From Curvularia clavata (lineage: Eukaryota), in the NCBI GenBank assembly GCA_023920165.1, contig CP089278.1, positions 1,054,001 through 1,118,000 on the forward strand: a stretch of DNA of 64,000 bases. Reading direction: 5' to 3'. Positions 1-11,970 of this stretch are shown here, piece by piece. Each line of letters opens with the position of its first letter. Position 1 is the stretch's first letter. A model generated the notes under the pieces. It was not told the DNA's origin. It searched no databases and was given only the letters and a program-made list of their open reading frames with translations. Both the position numbers and the translations under genes were made by a program.

Positions 1-1803
1 ACTCTGAGAATGTCGTTGCGAAGATGGCTGAGGACCAAGATGCCTTTCGATAGTAGACCATCATGTATTTCGATCATGGAGTTGCAGACGTCTACACATG
101 CAGTCAATGAGTACATCCAACGACTGTTACTATGAGCCTCTTTTGCAAATTGCTTATGCAATATCAGAAGATATTGATGAAGCTGCAACCGGAGAAGCGC
201 AGATGGTACTACAGCTGCCTCATTGTCCCATTCTGGTAAGCTTGAAAGGGCTGCATGTATCTGAGCATCCAGAAGCAACACGTCAGCGTACTGAATGTTG
301 CTAGATGGTGTGTTCAGTTGGTACGTGAGGTTAACGCGAAACGGTAATGTTTTCAGACTCGCAATCAGATAAGACGTGGAGGTGAATTGCTCATTTGGTT
401 GCTCTGGGGGCAGTTTCTGCATGTCTGGGGAGAGTGCTTCGTCTTCAATATGTGCTGGCGGAGGCATATCGAAGTACAGCGAAGTAAGCCCGGATTGAAT
501 GCCACTCTCTACCGAGGACTGCAACTCAAGTTCCGCAACAGTAGCCCATAACCGTTTCTTCATTTGCTGATCGAAGAGTGAGATCCTATCGTTTCCCTGC
601 AAACCCGGGTTACGGTGCATACCGGATGCCAGAGCAAGTCGGAGAAGATGCCCAGAATTGATCCAATCCTGTTTGAGGCCAATGCAGTTGACCCGCTTGG
701 CGAGCAGCAACAAACATTGCGTTTGGCAAAACGGTAAAGTTATCCGCCTTGGAGGCTGCAGATTTATCCAATTTTCACAGACGACAATGAGGTCGTGAGC
801 AGATTGTCGGTCGGCAGTTGTATCTCCAATGAAGATATCGTCTTTTGGACTGAGGCATTTTGTAACGGCAATGATCAGCAATAGCATGACAGTGAAGACG
901 ACACGCTCTTTATCACTTCCTTTATTCGCCCAGAAAGCTTTGTAATCTTTCCAGAAAGACGGTCCATGCAGAATTCTGTAGCTTGTCTCGCACATTTGAA
1001 AGTACAGAGCAGACTGCTCGTCGACAATGCTTTTCTCTGGAAGCAGGGCAAACATATCGGCATCGGAGTTATGGCTTCCAGTACTGTACTCTTTGGGGGA
1101 CTGCTTCTTCCGACAACGAAATGCTTTGAAGTCATTTTTGACACGCATGATGGAGTGATCCACATTCAAAGCCTCACGTGTGAAGGCCTGCAGCTCAGGG
1201 TACTTGCCAGCGTGTCAGCTCCCACAAGGCATTCACAGATTTATTCGTCGGGAGGAATACCGTAGAGGCTATACTTATAACGCTTGTTCCACCATTAAAT
1301 TGGGTCTTGAAGCCTTTCCCTCTGAGCATGAACTCTTCTGCAATTACTGGTTCTTCGGGTATGGGTTCATTAAACTGCGGCGTATGCTTCGCACGCTGCT
1401 GGACCCACTGCTGTTCCAGCGATAAAGTGCGTTTTTCTTGAGATGTAGCTTTCCATCGCACAGTGTTAGATGTGTCAACAGATGGACTGCTGTCTGCAGG
1501 TCGCGCTACCAGCACGTAAGGTGCGTCGCCGTCAGCTGGTGCGCCTACATTGACATGGGATTCTTCCAGAAGGCGTGGGTCGTACGTGCACTCGTGTCGT
1601 CTTCCCGTTTTTTCGCATCTCCCGCACACTGGAAAGACGCGGTCACACTTCATCTTACGATTCCGACACGCGTAACATGACAAGACCTTGCGCTTCTTGC
1701 TCGTGCGCTGGGACGGACCATCGTCGCCTTCCGGAGCGTCGCGCCGGGGAGGTGTGTTCTCACGCGACCTGTCGCTGATCCATTCTGCACCGGGAGCAGA
1801 CAT
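1..1803 (-). CDS. Zn(II)2Cys6 fungal transcription factor, 3' end outside window
   Basis: ATG at 1803 (MSAPGAEW). Zinc cluster SCYACRNRKMKCDRVFPVCGRCEKTGRRHECTY. Intron 1260-1203 (GTATTC..GCTGAC..AAG) restores a frame reading YPELQAF..LPEKSIVDEQSALYF..YRILHGPSFWKDY..ALASGMHRNP, typical of the fungal TF middle-homology region. Confidence 0.9.
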
Positions 1804-3046
1804 GGCGAGTTGGGAACGGTACCACTGCCAATCAATATCGCGGTGTGCGCAATAGCGTGTTAGAGGAAGCTGACAGGGAGATGGAGTGGAGGATACGCAC
1901 GCGGCCTGCCGGCTGACACTCGGATATAATTTCACTAGTTAAGGCGGGGATAGCTTATTTGCGACTAAATACTTGGCTACCTGCATCCTTCCACTTTCTA
2001 GCCTTGACCACAACTTCATCGGACAGCATCCCCTCCATCATCCTAGCGCCGGACAAATCAGCATCTCTCATTAATTGTGTCTCAGAAGAACCACTCCTTT
2101 GGTTGGTTCCATGCATAGAAAAGAGCGGGGAACCCTTGTCTTGCCCCACGACCATTGAGTGCCGACCCTGAGCACATTGTCACATATACGCCACTATTGC
2201 TTGAACCAAAATATCGGGTTATTATAGCCAAAATCTCCCGCATCATTTTATTCCGTCTAGAACGTCTAGGCAGCCAGTCAAAGCCAAAGGGTGTTTTCGA
2301 CACGAGGCCATCATAGGCCAAACCGGAACTGGGTATAGGTAGAGCACGGAACACGTTCCGTAAAACAATCTATACGCACAGGGATTTGAGCCAGTATCAG
2401 GGCAATAAGGTTTCAACATCTTGCTTGCCTACGTTGCGGCAGTGAGCTTCATCATGTGCTTCGCATGCTTAGCCGAATTTGCCGCTTATGCCCCAAGGCT
2501 TCGATATGGCCAATCCAGAAACATGATCACCTACTGCCAGAATGGCCTACCCCTCCCTTTATAGTATATTCAGATTGCGTACCACTCCACAAATGGTTGA
2601 GGTAGTGGTCTTCTCAAGGGCACTCTTCTTCGTCAGTGACATTGGGGGTACCCAAGCTTGACCTTCGTTGCCATTTCCTGCAACCGAGTTTCCCTTGTTC
2701 GTCCACGCGAGAATCGGAGAAATCAAGAGAAACGGTCAACAATTGGCTACAATGGCGGGTTTAAGATTATGCAGACAAAGGGTCAATATTTAACGCACCA
2801 GTACAAAGAAGAGTTACTGGCGTTAGCCTTTATTCCTGAATTACAGAACGTGACATTAGCTCTCCGAGACTAATTTACAGGATCTTCGCCATGTATCAAG
2901 AATACTACCGAGAGAACTTTCGAATCTATTAAACCGTGATGAGGCGGGATTCCGGTCCGCGCTCACTATTGTGCTGAGTATATAAGACCTCCTTGTCTAG
3001 CATTTTCCTAGACACCAAGGTCTACAGAGATATCAACATTCTCAAC

Positions 3047-4513
3047 ATGTACCGAACGCTAGCAGTCGCCGTATCTCTTCTCCACGCCGCCCGCGGCCAG
3101 CTGGTGGGAACATCGACGGCGGAAACACACCCTGGAATGACATGGCAGAGTTGTACTGCCAAGGGAAGCTGTACCACCAAAAATGGAAAGGTTGTCATTG
3201 ATGCCAACTGGCGTTGGGTGCACGTCAAGGATGGGTACGTATGGGACACGCTGTTCATCGACATTTCCTCTGATCGTTTTCCAGCTATACAAACTGCTAC
3301 ACCGGTAACACCTGGGACACGAAATCATGCCCCGACAACAAGTCGTGCGCTGCCAATTGTGCCGTTGATGGTGCAGACTACCAGGGTACCTACGGCATCA
3401 CTGCCAGCGGCAATGCCTTGAGTCTCAAGTTCATCACCAAGGGCTCGTACTCCACCAACATCGGTTCACGTACCTACCTGATGAAGGACGATACCACCTA
3501 CGAGATGTTCAAGTTCACAGGTAACCAAGAGTTCACATTCGATGTAGACCTCTCGAAGCTGCCCTGTGGATTCAATGGCGCACTCTACTTTGTCTCCATG
3601 GCCGCCGATGGTGGTATGAGCAAGTATCCAGGCAACAAGGCCGGAGCCAAGTACGGAACTGGTTACTGTGATGCCCAGTGCCCGAGGGATCTCAAGTTTA
3701 TCAATGGCGAGGTAAGTGAAACGGCGTGCATGTTGAACATCAACTACGTGCTAATCATGCTTCCAGGCCAACGTCGAGAGCTGGAAGCCATCCTCAAACG
3801 ACGCAAACGCTGGTGTGGGTGGCCACGGTTCTTGCTGTGCGGAGATGGACATCTGGGAGGCGAACTCTGTCAGCACGGCAGTCACGCCCCACTCTTGCAC
3901 CACTATCGAGCAATCTCGCTGCGATGGCGACCAATGTGGTGGAACATACTCCGCTGACCGTTACGCTGGAGTCTGCGACGCCGATGGTTGCGACTTCAAC
4001 GCCTACCGCATGGGTGTCAAGGACTTCTACGGCAAAGGCAAGACAGTGGACACGTCGAAGAAATTCACCGTCGTCACTCAGTTCATTGGAACTGGCGACA
4101 ACATGGAGATCAAGCGCTTTTACGTCCAAGGCGGCAAGACCATCGCCCAGCCCGCATCTACCATCCCAGGAATCGAGGGCAACTCCATCACAACCAAGTT
4201 CTGCGATGCCCAGAAGAAGGTATTCGGCGACCCAACTGTCTTCCAGCAGAAGGGCGGTATGGCCAACATGGCCAAGGCTCTTGCCAACGGTATGGTTCTT
4301 GTCATGAGCTTGTGGGATGACCACAACAGCAACATGCTTTGGCTCGACTCTACGTTCCCTACCGACAAGAACCCTGAGACGGACCTTGGCTCCGGCAGAG
4401 GAGAGTGCGATATCACTAGCGGTGTACCAGCGGATGTTGAGAAGAACTCGCCAGACGCTACTGTTACCTACAGCAACATCAAGTTTGGACCTCTCAACTC
4501 CACCTTTGGTTAA
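3047..4513 (+). CDS. GH7 cellobiohydrolase, secreted, no CBM1
   Basis: Signal peptide, then [41 protein letters not shown], catalytic [12 protein letters not shown] and [12 protein letters not shown]. Introns 3235-3284 and 3712-3766. Ends NSTFG with no linker or CBM. Confidence 0.96.
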
Positions 4514-5076
4514 GTGAGAGGAAGTACTGGGGACATGGTAAGGGAGCAGAAGCACGGCTTGGAGGCTCAATTCCTGCACATAAGGCGGGACTTTTGTACA
4601 TAGATCAGTTGTGACAGTCACTCGCTTTAGCATGTGTATGTTTGCATGCAAAAATTCAGTCATTGATCACTTCACTCCAAGCGAACCCTGCTTTTGAATA
4701 GGCTCACCGCACATTGATTGCGCGATATTTCCCTCTGTGCAAACGGATATGTCTTACCTGGGCACTGTTGCCTGCGATCAAGTGTCGGTATCGGAGGCGG
4801 TCCCGTTTGCGCCTCCCTCACCCTCTGCCTTCACCTGTCAGCCATCCATACAGAGACCGTTTGAGGGCACATCTGAGCACCTTGTTAGAAAGATTTTCCA
4901 TATCTTTCTATGCAAACGGAAGATGCGCTAGTATTGCCAAGCTTGCTTGCGTCTATATATTTGGTGGTACCCGCCCCGATACCAATCTTCCTCTCCTCCA
5001 CTCCAAGCCATCACCTCAACCCAACCACATACTCTCCTCTTTACTTCACTTCAATTATACTTCCCTCTGGCATTCA

Positions 5077-7303
5077 TGCTATGTATAAGCCATTCATGCA
5101 ACAATCTGCGGGTTCTCCCATGCACCTCCATCAATCGCAAGGCAAAAAATGCCTTAGGGCAACAACACCCAACAATCCCAACAAGCGTTATACTCTCTTG
5201 CCTCAACCCAGCCATGTCATAACACCAAGAACTTTATGTATTTGAGGTAAGACTTCCCCATTCAATGAAATCAGTTTTATACTTATGCCACTAGGATCCA
5301 ATCACCTCGGACGGTGTAGAGGCGATGTTACAGATGAGGCCTGAGAACGCTCTCGGATAAGATCGCAACGGCGGCCGAGAACTCCGTTAGCCAGAGCTGG
5401 AGTGTGGGAAATGCCTGTGTTACAGATTTCCTATTTCATATACCCGCGTTGGGTATATCTCTTTGTTCCAGTCCTAGCTGGATAGCGAAAAGTCCCTGCG
5501 ACGCAGACTTTTCATATTTCATACCCGCCTTGGGTATGTAGGGCTGTATGGCCAGTAGAGTGGCCACCTCTCCCGCTATGGCTGGCCAATCCAGCAGGTA
5601 AAGACGTCCTTCTCAGAGAGCGGAAGAAAGCACTTGGAGAACGGATTGGACGACCCAAAGATGTCGGTTCATTTGGTAAGCTACAATGCATTACCACAAC
5701 AACGCGGATAAAGACTGGCCCAATGTTCTCATCCTACAGGCCCTTCTGGGCCATTTTACCCCGATACCATCAGAAATCATTCCTCTGTATGAAGAGGCGA
5801 TGAAGGCGATGGTGTAGGAGGAGCGAGAGCTACCAAGGCCGCTCTTGAGATGCTTGCGGGCCATGACTCAGGTAAGTCGATGCAGGGCTCACCTGAATAC
5901 CAAATTATGATAGATTGTTGACGACCACCAAAGGAACAACTTCGAGCACGACCGGAGCGGGCGGGGATGGAACGTCAGGGAGAGTTCCAACTTCCCAAAA
6001 CTATGATCGACAAGCTTCATACGATGCTTGTTACATATAATGGGGCAGAACAAGAGACGGCGGCATTTCGTGAAGCATTAGCTGCTCACGATTCACCAAT
6101 AATAATACAATTCACTCCACTCCACACTAAATGGCTGCAACTCACTATGAGAGCGTCAATTTTCATCAGCAAGTATGCTGGCGCCAAGGAACCAGCGTAC
6201 TGTGAGTTCGCAGCACAGGTCTCGGACACATACAAGCTACCAGACATATCGGTTGACTTTGATGTCAACGACAAAAGTAAGGAAAGCCCTTGAAGCCTCT
6301 CTCCAATAATACTGACATTTATAGATTCTTTCATTGCTCTCTACAATGAGTGGCTACAAACGTGTCGTGACCAACGAGAAGAAATTGGCCTGGATCCCTT
6401 CATACACATGGTATGTCTCATGGAGCAGTTGAATCACTGCAGTCATCGCACTGACACACACAGATTAAACGACAGATCGAGTTGGCACAACAGAAGGGAC
6501 CTGGGAACGGTCAAGCTACCTTGCACCATCCACCTGAGTCACACGAAGCACCAGGAGAAGAGAGGGACGTGGATACTGCCGTAAAACAGCAGCCCGGTAC
6601 TGAGCGACCGGGCACTGAGCAGCCTGTCAATGAGCAGCCAGTCAGTGAGCAGCCAGTCAGTGAGCAACGTGGCGTCGTGGACGAACAAGAAGAGGACGAT
6701 GGCGACGAATGGTTCCAATGCGAGAAATGCGGTTCTCTGCAGCTCCCCAACCGCAAGGGAGGGTTTATGGAGAACAGTTGCATATGGTGCAACAAGAAGC
6801 CGAATCGGCCTGACCGGCACCAATGGTGCATCTTGTGCAAAAAAGAAAAACTAAGCACCGATTTCTTTAAGTACGCATTGTCCACCTGCATCGTGTGCGA
6901 CGAACAACTTGATAGCGAATGCGAGTTGGGCCATCCTCCTATTGACGACAACGACGACGACGATGGCGACAATAACAAAAACAAAACCTCGGATAGCTCC
7001 TCCAATCTAGTCCTTTCTTATTTCGTTTGCAAACGATGTCGCGTACCGAGAGCCAACCAGCGAGCAGATGAAACACTATCAGAATGGGACGAAGAAGGAA
7101 TACAAATCAAAAGGGTTTGCAAGTGGTGCACAGGAGAAGAATTACCACCTAGAATTAGGTGGTGTCCAGCCCACGATAGCTTCGACGGCGCGGAACTCCT
7201 CGAAACGGAATTTGGGGATGCCAATTGGAAATGGCAGTACTGCTTGGCTTGCGGACCACGAATGGAAGCGAGGCGCGAAGCAGCCAAGAATAGGACCATG
7301 TAG
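5077..7303 (+). pseudogene. Decayed multi-exon gene whose 3' part (5967-7303) is still a spliceable ORF ending in a CxxC-rich exon
   Basis: Canonical-looking introns at about 5245-5295, 5676-5739, 5872-5913, 6277-6324 and 6411-6463. Upstream exons carry in-frame stops (e.g. TAG 5815-5817 in AMKAMV*EERELP) and an apparent frameshift near 6000. Exons 5967-6276, 6325-6410 and 6464-7303 join in frame. The 5' boundary is approximate. Confidence 0.55.
6587..6667 (+). repeat. In-frame 15-bp tandem repeat, about 5 copies (QPGTE/RPGTE/QPVNE/QPVSE/QPVSE)
   Basis: gagcagccagtcagt and degenerate copies are visible directly. Confidence 0.8.
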
Positions 7304-7814
7304 CATCTAGTCACAGCTGAACAATTCCCCGATGCGATTGTGCTCGTTAATCAAGACGTAGGTGTTGTCTCTGTATGCATCACGCAGCTTCTCCTCGCCA
7401 AGCATCTACAAGATGGAGGCTTAACGTGGATAAGTAGATAAGTAGAGCTTATGTCAGCTTCTCCTCGACCAAACATCCACTTCTCCGCTTCTCCTCGTCA
7501 ACTCTCCATTTATCCACTTACCCACGTCAAAGTTCCACAATGTGGAGAATTCCTCACCGAAACAGGTATTCTAGCAGGCGTGATCTTAAAAACTTCTTCA
7601 ATCCCCAGTCACTCTACTTGTCGACATCTGCAACAATGATGCCAAATGAACCTTCAGGGTAAAGACGTCGTCAGACCACTGTGTTCCTTTTGCGTTGTAC
7701 CTCCGAAGGGTTGTTCTCGCTCTCCTTGCACCGGTGGAGCGAGGCTTCCAGGAGAGTATGTCTTTTACAATGCTGGGACTTCAAACGGAGCTGCTCTATA
7801 CAGAGCATATACGC

Positions 7815-9476
7815 TCAAGGCTCAGGAAGTAAAGGCTGAGTCTCTGCGGCAGTATTCTCCCTATTGATTCGTCGGGCTGGGTCGTCTTTATCAGTTCCCA
7901 GGCGCCTAATACTGTTGAACACACGTGGAGATAATAGCGCAAGGCTACCGAGAGGAATGGCCAGCCCGTGTACGACCTGAAATCTTGATTAATTCATCGG
8001 TATTATTGTGCTGAAGGTTTCACTTACGACGCTAGAAATCACGAGATACCATACTATGACCAGGGTCACTTCAGCCAACGCGATACAGTCCTCCCGTTCT
8101 GGATGTTCGAGTTGGATGCGGAGCAAAAAGTCATGCGTGACATACAGATAGAAAATAGCGCTTATGCCGATTGGGCCAAAGAAGCCCATGATAAGCGAGT
8201 GGCGGAAGTGACGGATTTGATGAATCTGTTTTCGAAGAGCGATTATGACTGGCAGGCGACGAAGGAGAAGAACTAGAATACCGAGCAGAATGAGTCGAGA
8301 GCTTGGTATGACGTCCCCAGAAAAGAACTTTTCCCAAGGACACACGGCGCCAAGCCACATGAACACTGCCACATTGAGGAGGAAGTCCATGATCGGCTGA
8401 AGGGAATCATCCATTGTCTGCTTGCGAAACCAATCACTAGGATCATGTCAGCCAAGGGCTGTAGATTAGATATGAGACTCGGAAAAGCTCTTACTCCCAG
8501 GTGAAGGTGTTTCCCGCGATGAAGCAGGCCAATACATCGTCCGCATCGATGAGTCCGACAGTACCTATGATCAAGAGCTGTAGAAAGATCAGCAACCGAG
8601 TGGTAGATTTCCATCTTGCAGAAAGATTGGCTTACAGCTAGGGCTATGGCAAATAGGTGGAGGCTTTCTTTGTCGACGAGGCGTCTTCTGTCTGCCCAGA
8701 AGAGCAGATGTTTCGCCGCCCAGCCTGCAACAGCGCCATAAACGACGCTTAGCAAGATCGTATACAAGCAAGTCACGCTCAAAAAGGAGGTTACTGCCGT
8801 TCTTATTCCACCTTCCTGACCAGCGAATTTGACCAGATATAGCGGAAGGAAGAGGAAAAGGTAGCCAAGACCGTCATTGGCGCCTGACTCTGCGATGATT
8901 ATTTTTTGAAGTGGCTTCGACATGTGCTTGTCGGCAAATGTTCCCTTCACAATTGAATTTGACAGGACAGGATCAGTTGGCGTCACGCAAGCACCGACGA
9001 TAAGGCTCTGCACCAGACCGAGGTCTGGCACGAGTTGCCATACCAGAAGGCTGGTAATGACCCACATGCCCAACATTCCAGGACCGAGCAAGATTGCCAG
9101 GCTCCGCCATTCTGTTTTGAGATATCTGTTGGGCAGCTGTATTCCAGCTATAACAAGTTGTATTCCCAGCACGAGGCGCGTAAAGCAAAGGGTGACAGTA
9201 GCGAGCGCTTCTGGAGAGCCGGCGTATTCGTGTGGGCGGATGAGACGAACACCGTATGGCGATAGGAAAACTCCGGCGCAGAGAGACACAACTAACCATA
9301 AAAGTCAGCGTGACAAGGAACTGAGTTCCTGAGGTGTAGATGCACATACGTGGTTCTGTCACATAAAATCCTTCCCTCAAAAGATATGAAACCAGCCCGA
9401 AGAGAGCGATGAAGCCGCCGCCGACGCAGCAAACCAAGTTGAAATTTAGTATGGGATCAATGCTCTTATTGGCCAT
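7815..9476 (-). CDS. CPA1 Na+/H+ antiporter (Nha1/Sod2 family), short C-tail
   Basis: GGGFIALFGLVSYLLRE, RLVLGIQLVIAGIQLP, ACVTPTDPVLSNSIVKG, AESGANDGLGY, LLLRRLP, GFFGPIGISAIFY and VVHGLAIP. Several introns. The last exon ends ETQPLLPEP*. Confidence 0.92.
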
Positions 9477-9958
9477 GTTGTCGTGGAAGAGGGCTAGGCT
9501 GCCGACGTATATTGCTTGCCGTCCTGCAGAGTTTCCCAGGCGCGATTCGTTTGCTTGGGCCGAGCAGAAGTTTTGGACCACGCTGCATCAAAGTCGCGTC
9601 TACCTGAGTGAGGGGCTTGTCAAGGCGAGACGGAGGGGGTGAGCGAGCTCTTTTGACTGTTTTCATGCAACAGTTGCGAGGACTGAGCTCACCATATGGT
9701 ACAAGGTTGTCCACGAGCTTGCCTAGCAGCAGCGTGAAGTAGCTACTGTAAAGTGTCGAGAGGGAAGAAACGAGGGCTATATGTGCCGCTCATCAACAGA
9801 TGGACTACATCTTCAACGGCGTGGGTCATCGGTTGTTGATAAGCCGACGAGTGATGACAGCACAAGCCTCGGCCAGGTCATGCACCACGCTTATCGTGGT
9901 CATTAGCCTGGTCTGTGAAATTGGTACCGTGCCCGTGCACCTATTAACGCTAACTATC

Positions 9959-10126
9959 TGTCACGGGGTTAACCTCCCCCACTACGGAGCGAAAGACCCC
10001 TGCATCGCGATAGGAACGACAGGTACTTCGACTTTACTTTAGCTTTGGTCTTTCTCTAGTTATAAGATGTTTGTATTTAAGAATCTTACAACACTAGCTA
10101 TAAGCAATTCTCTAGCTATAGTAACA
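9959..10126. mobile_element. Putative RIP-degenerate solo LTR (168 bp)
   Basis: Begins TGTCAC and ends GTAACA (GTGACA with one G>A). The interior is AT/TpA-rich with TATAA-like words. Flanks tatc/tacc are only an imperfect TSD. Confidence 0.45.
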
Positions 10127-10213
10127 TACCCCAGGGAAAAGCGGACTACATACACAAGTGGGCTACGTTAGGTATTGCTCTTACTAAAACCCTCTCTCTA
10201 CTCTAATATTATA

Positions 10214-10362
10214 ACGTACTCCATGGGTGAGCGCGCCATCTAAAATCTCACTAAAATCTCAAAACTATAGGGGTCTAAACTAGAGACTCACTTGATAGAA
10301 TTTTTTTTTAAGACTTCACATGGTCCGCTCGTCTGTATAGTCCGTTCATACATGAGGTACGT
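10214..10362. mobile_element. Short non-autonomous pogo/Fot1-type DNA transposon relic (149 bp)
   Basis: TA|ACGTACTCCATGGGTGAGCG at the left end and CATGAGGTACGT|TA at the right end. Imperfect TIRs (17/25 by eye) start ACGT, with a TA duplication on both sides. The right end contains an internal direct repeat (GAGCGGACCA/GAACGGACTA on the minus strand). Confidence 0.6.
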
Positions 10363-10516
10363 TATATCAAGTGACCTAACTATTGCACGCACTAATTATA
10401 TACAGTACGTTCGAGGAGATGGCCGATGGCGTCTTCCCATATCTCAATAGCTTTCTTCCCATCCCCGCTGCCTTACTTGGATCCTTTAGCATTCTGTCGA
10501 GTAATTCGTTTACATA

Positions 10517-11330
10517 GGCAACAAGATAGCGGTAACTATAGCGTAAATAAAAAAGAATAACTCTAAATTATAAAATAAGTATTTTAAGATTAAATAGTTC
10601 TAAGAATTGCTATATAATATTAAGTTCTGGCTCTGCTTCAGCATGTCGTTCCTAGTGATGATTGCCAATGGCCCGGTCTCAAGTTTTTTGCCTATCATCA
10701 TCGCCGGATTCGGCTTCAATCGATTGAATTCGCTACTACTTGTTATGCCTGCTGGTGTTATCATCGGATCTATTACACTAATTGTGACCTATCTGGCGTA
10801 CCGCGTTCCTGGCATTCGAACTTGGACTATGGTTGGCTGCCAGTGCGGCACTATCCTTGCGTCCTTTCTGCTTTGGAAACTACCGCAGAGCTCCAAAGGA
10901 GGGTTGCCCTTCGCTTGCTATATTTTCTCCACATTTGGAGGAAGTTATGCTGTGATCATGGGCTTGCAGGTAGCTAATACAACGGGATACACCAAGCGCT
11001 CCATCACAAGTCCCGGCGTTTTTGTCGGCTACTGTATTGGTCAGTCCACAAGGTAATGCATTTGGTTGGGGAAAATTACTGACTCTGGACTTAAGCAACT
11101 TCGTAGGACCATTGTTGTTCAAACCAAAAGACGCTCCGGTTTACGCGCCCGGTTTTACTGCGGTGCTTGGAACTTCAGTTGCCACTGCAGTTCTTGCAAT
11201 AGTATATCGCGACGTTTGTATCTGGGAGAACCAACGACGCGACAAATCAGGGACGCTTGAAGGATTTGACCATGCACACGAGGATGACCTTACGGACCTG
11301 AAGAACCCCCAATTCAGGTACACGCTCTAA
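10517..11330 (+). pseudogene. 5'-truncated, RIP-damaged MFS transporter of the allantoate permease (Dal5/ACS) family
   Basis: Only the C-terminal half is present (MIANGPVSSFLPIII, ANTTGYTKRS, YCIG-intron-NFVGPLLF, DLTDLKNPQFRYTL). The same frame upstream of 10607 has stops at 10544, 10571, 10595 and 10601. Confidence 0.85.
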
Positions 11331-11970
11331 GTCGCATCAGTCATATATCCCTTACAAAAGCTCTCGGAAGAGACGGCCAAACACATCGGGTACACGCCAG
11401 GGATATGTGGCAATGGCGTTTTGCTCGCTTATAATGTTACTGTAGCCGAACCAGCAGCTGAGAAATTGAGAATCAATTTGTTGCAAAAACGGTATCTGAT
11501 TCTGTCGCTGCTAGCAAATCCTACATTGATGGTCGCCTCGCTGGATTCCGCTTCCCAAAACCTGCACACGGTGTAACAACAGTAAAGAAACTCTTCATTC
11601 TCTCAATCAAAAATATTTGTGAACCGTTAGAGCTGAGAGTTCTTGTTGTTCTCGTGACGTGATGGTCTGTGAAATGTCTCGAAGCTCTGTTCACCTCCAA
11701 ATTTGACAGACCCAATTGTTTTCCTTAAAAATATTCCACTTGACTTATGTTCTTCTTGGAATATCATTTCATAGATCTCCCAGCTTTTTAGCTCTATACA
11801 TATGACAGGGCTGAAAGGCATACAACAAGCAACATGTTCTGGCGCGGTCTTAGACACCATGCCAGCATCCAAGACGGCCCTCGAATGTCTTCAACCTCAC
11901 AACTAAGCAGCATCATGCGAGAACATAAAAATGCTTTTCTGGTCAATTGTGTTTACCCACATCAGCGATC

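Noticed and set aside
3794..4663. 289-aa minus-strand ORF
   Set aside because: Antisense shadow of the GH7 gene.
5440..5478. Hairpin followed by CTAG as a Helitron 3' end
   Set aside because: CTAG is followed by C rather than T, and no 5' end or Rep/helicase remnant is visible.
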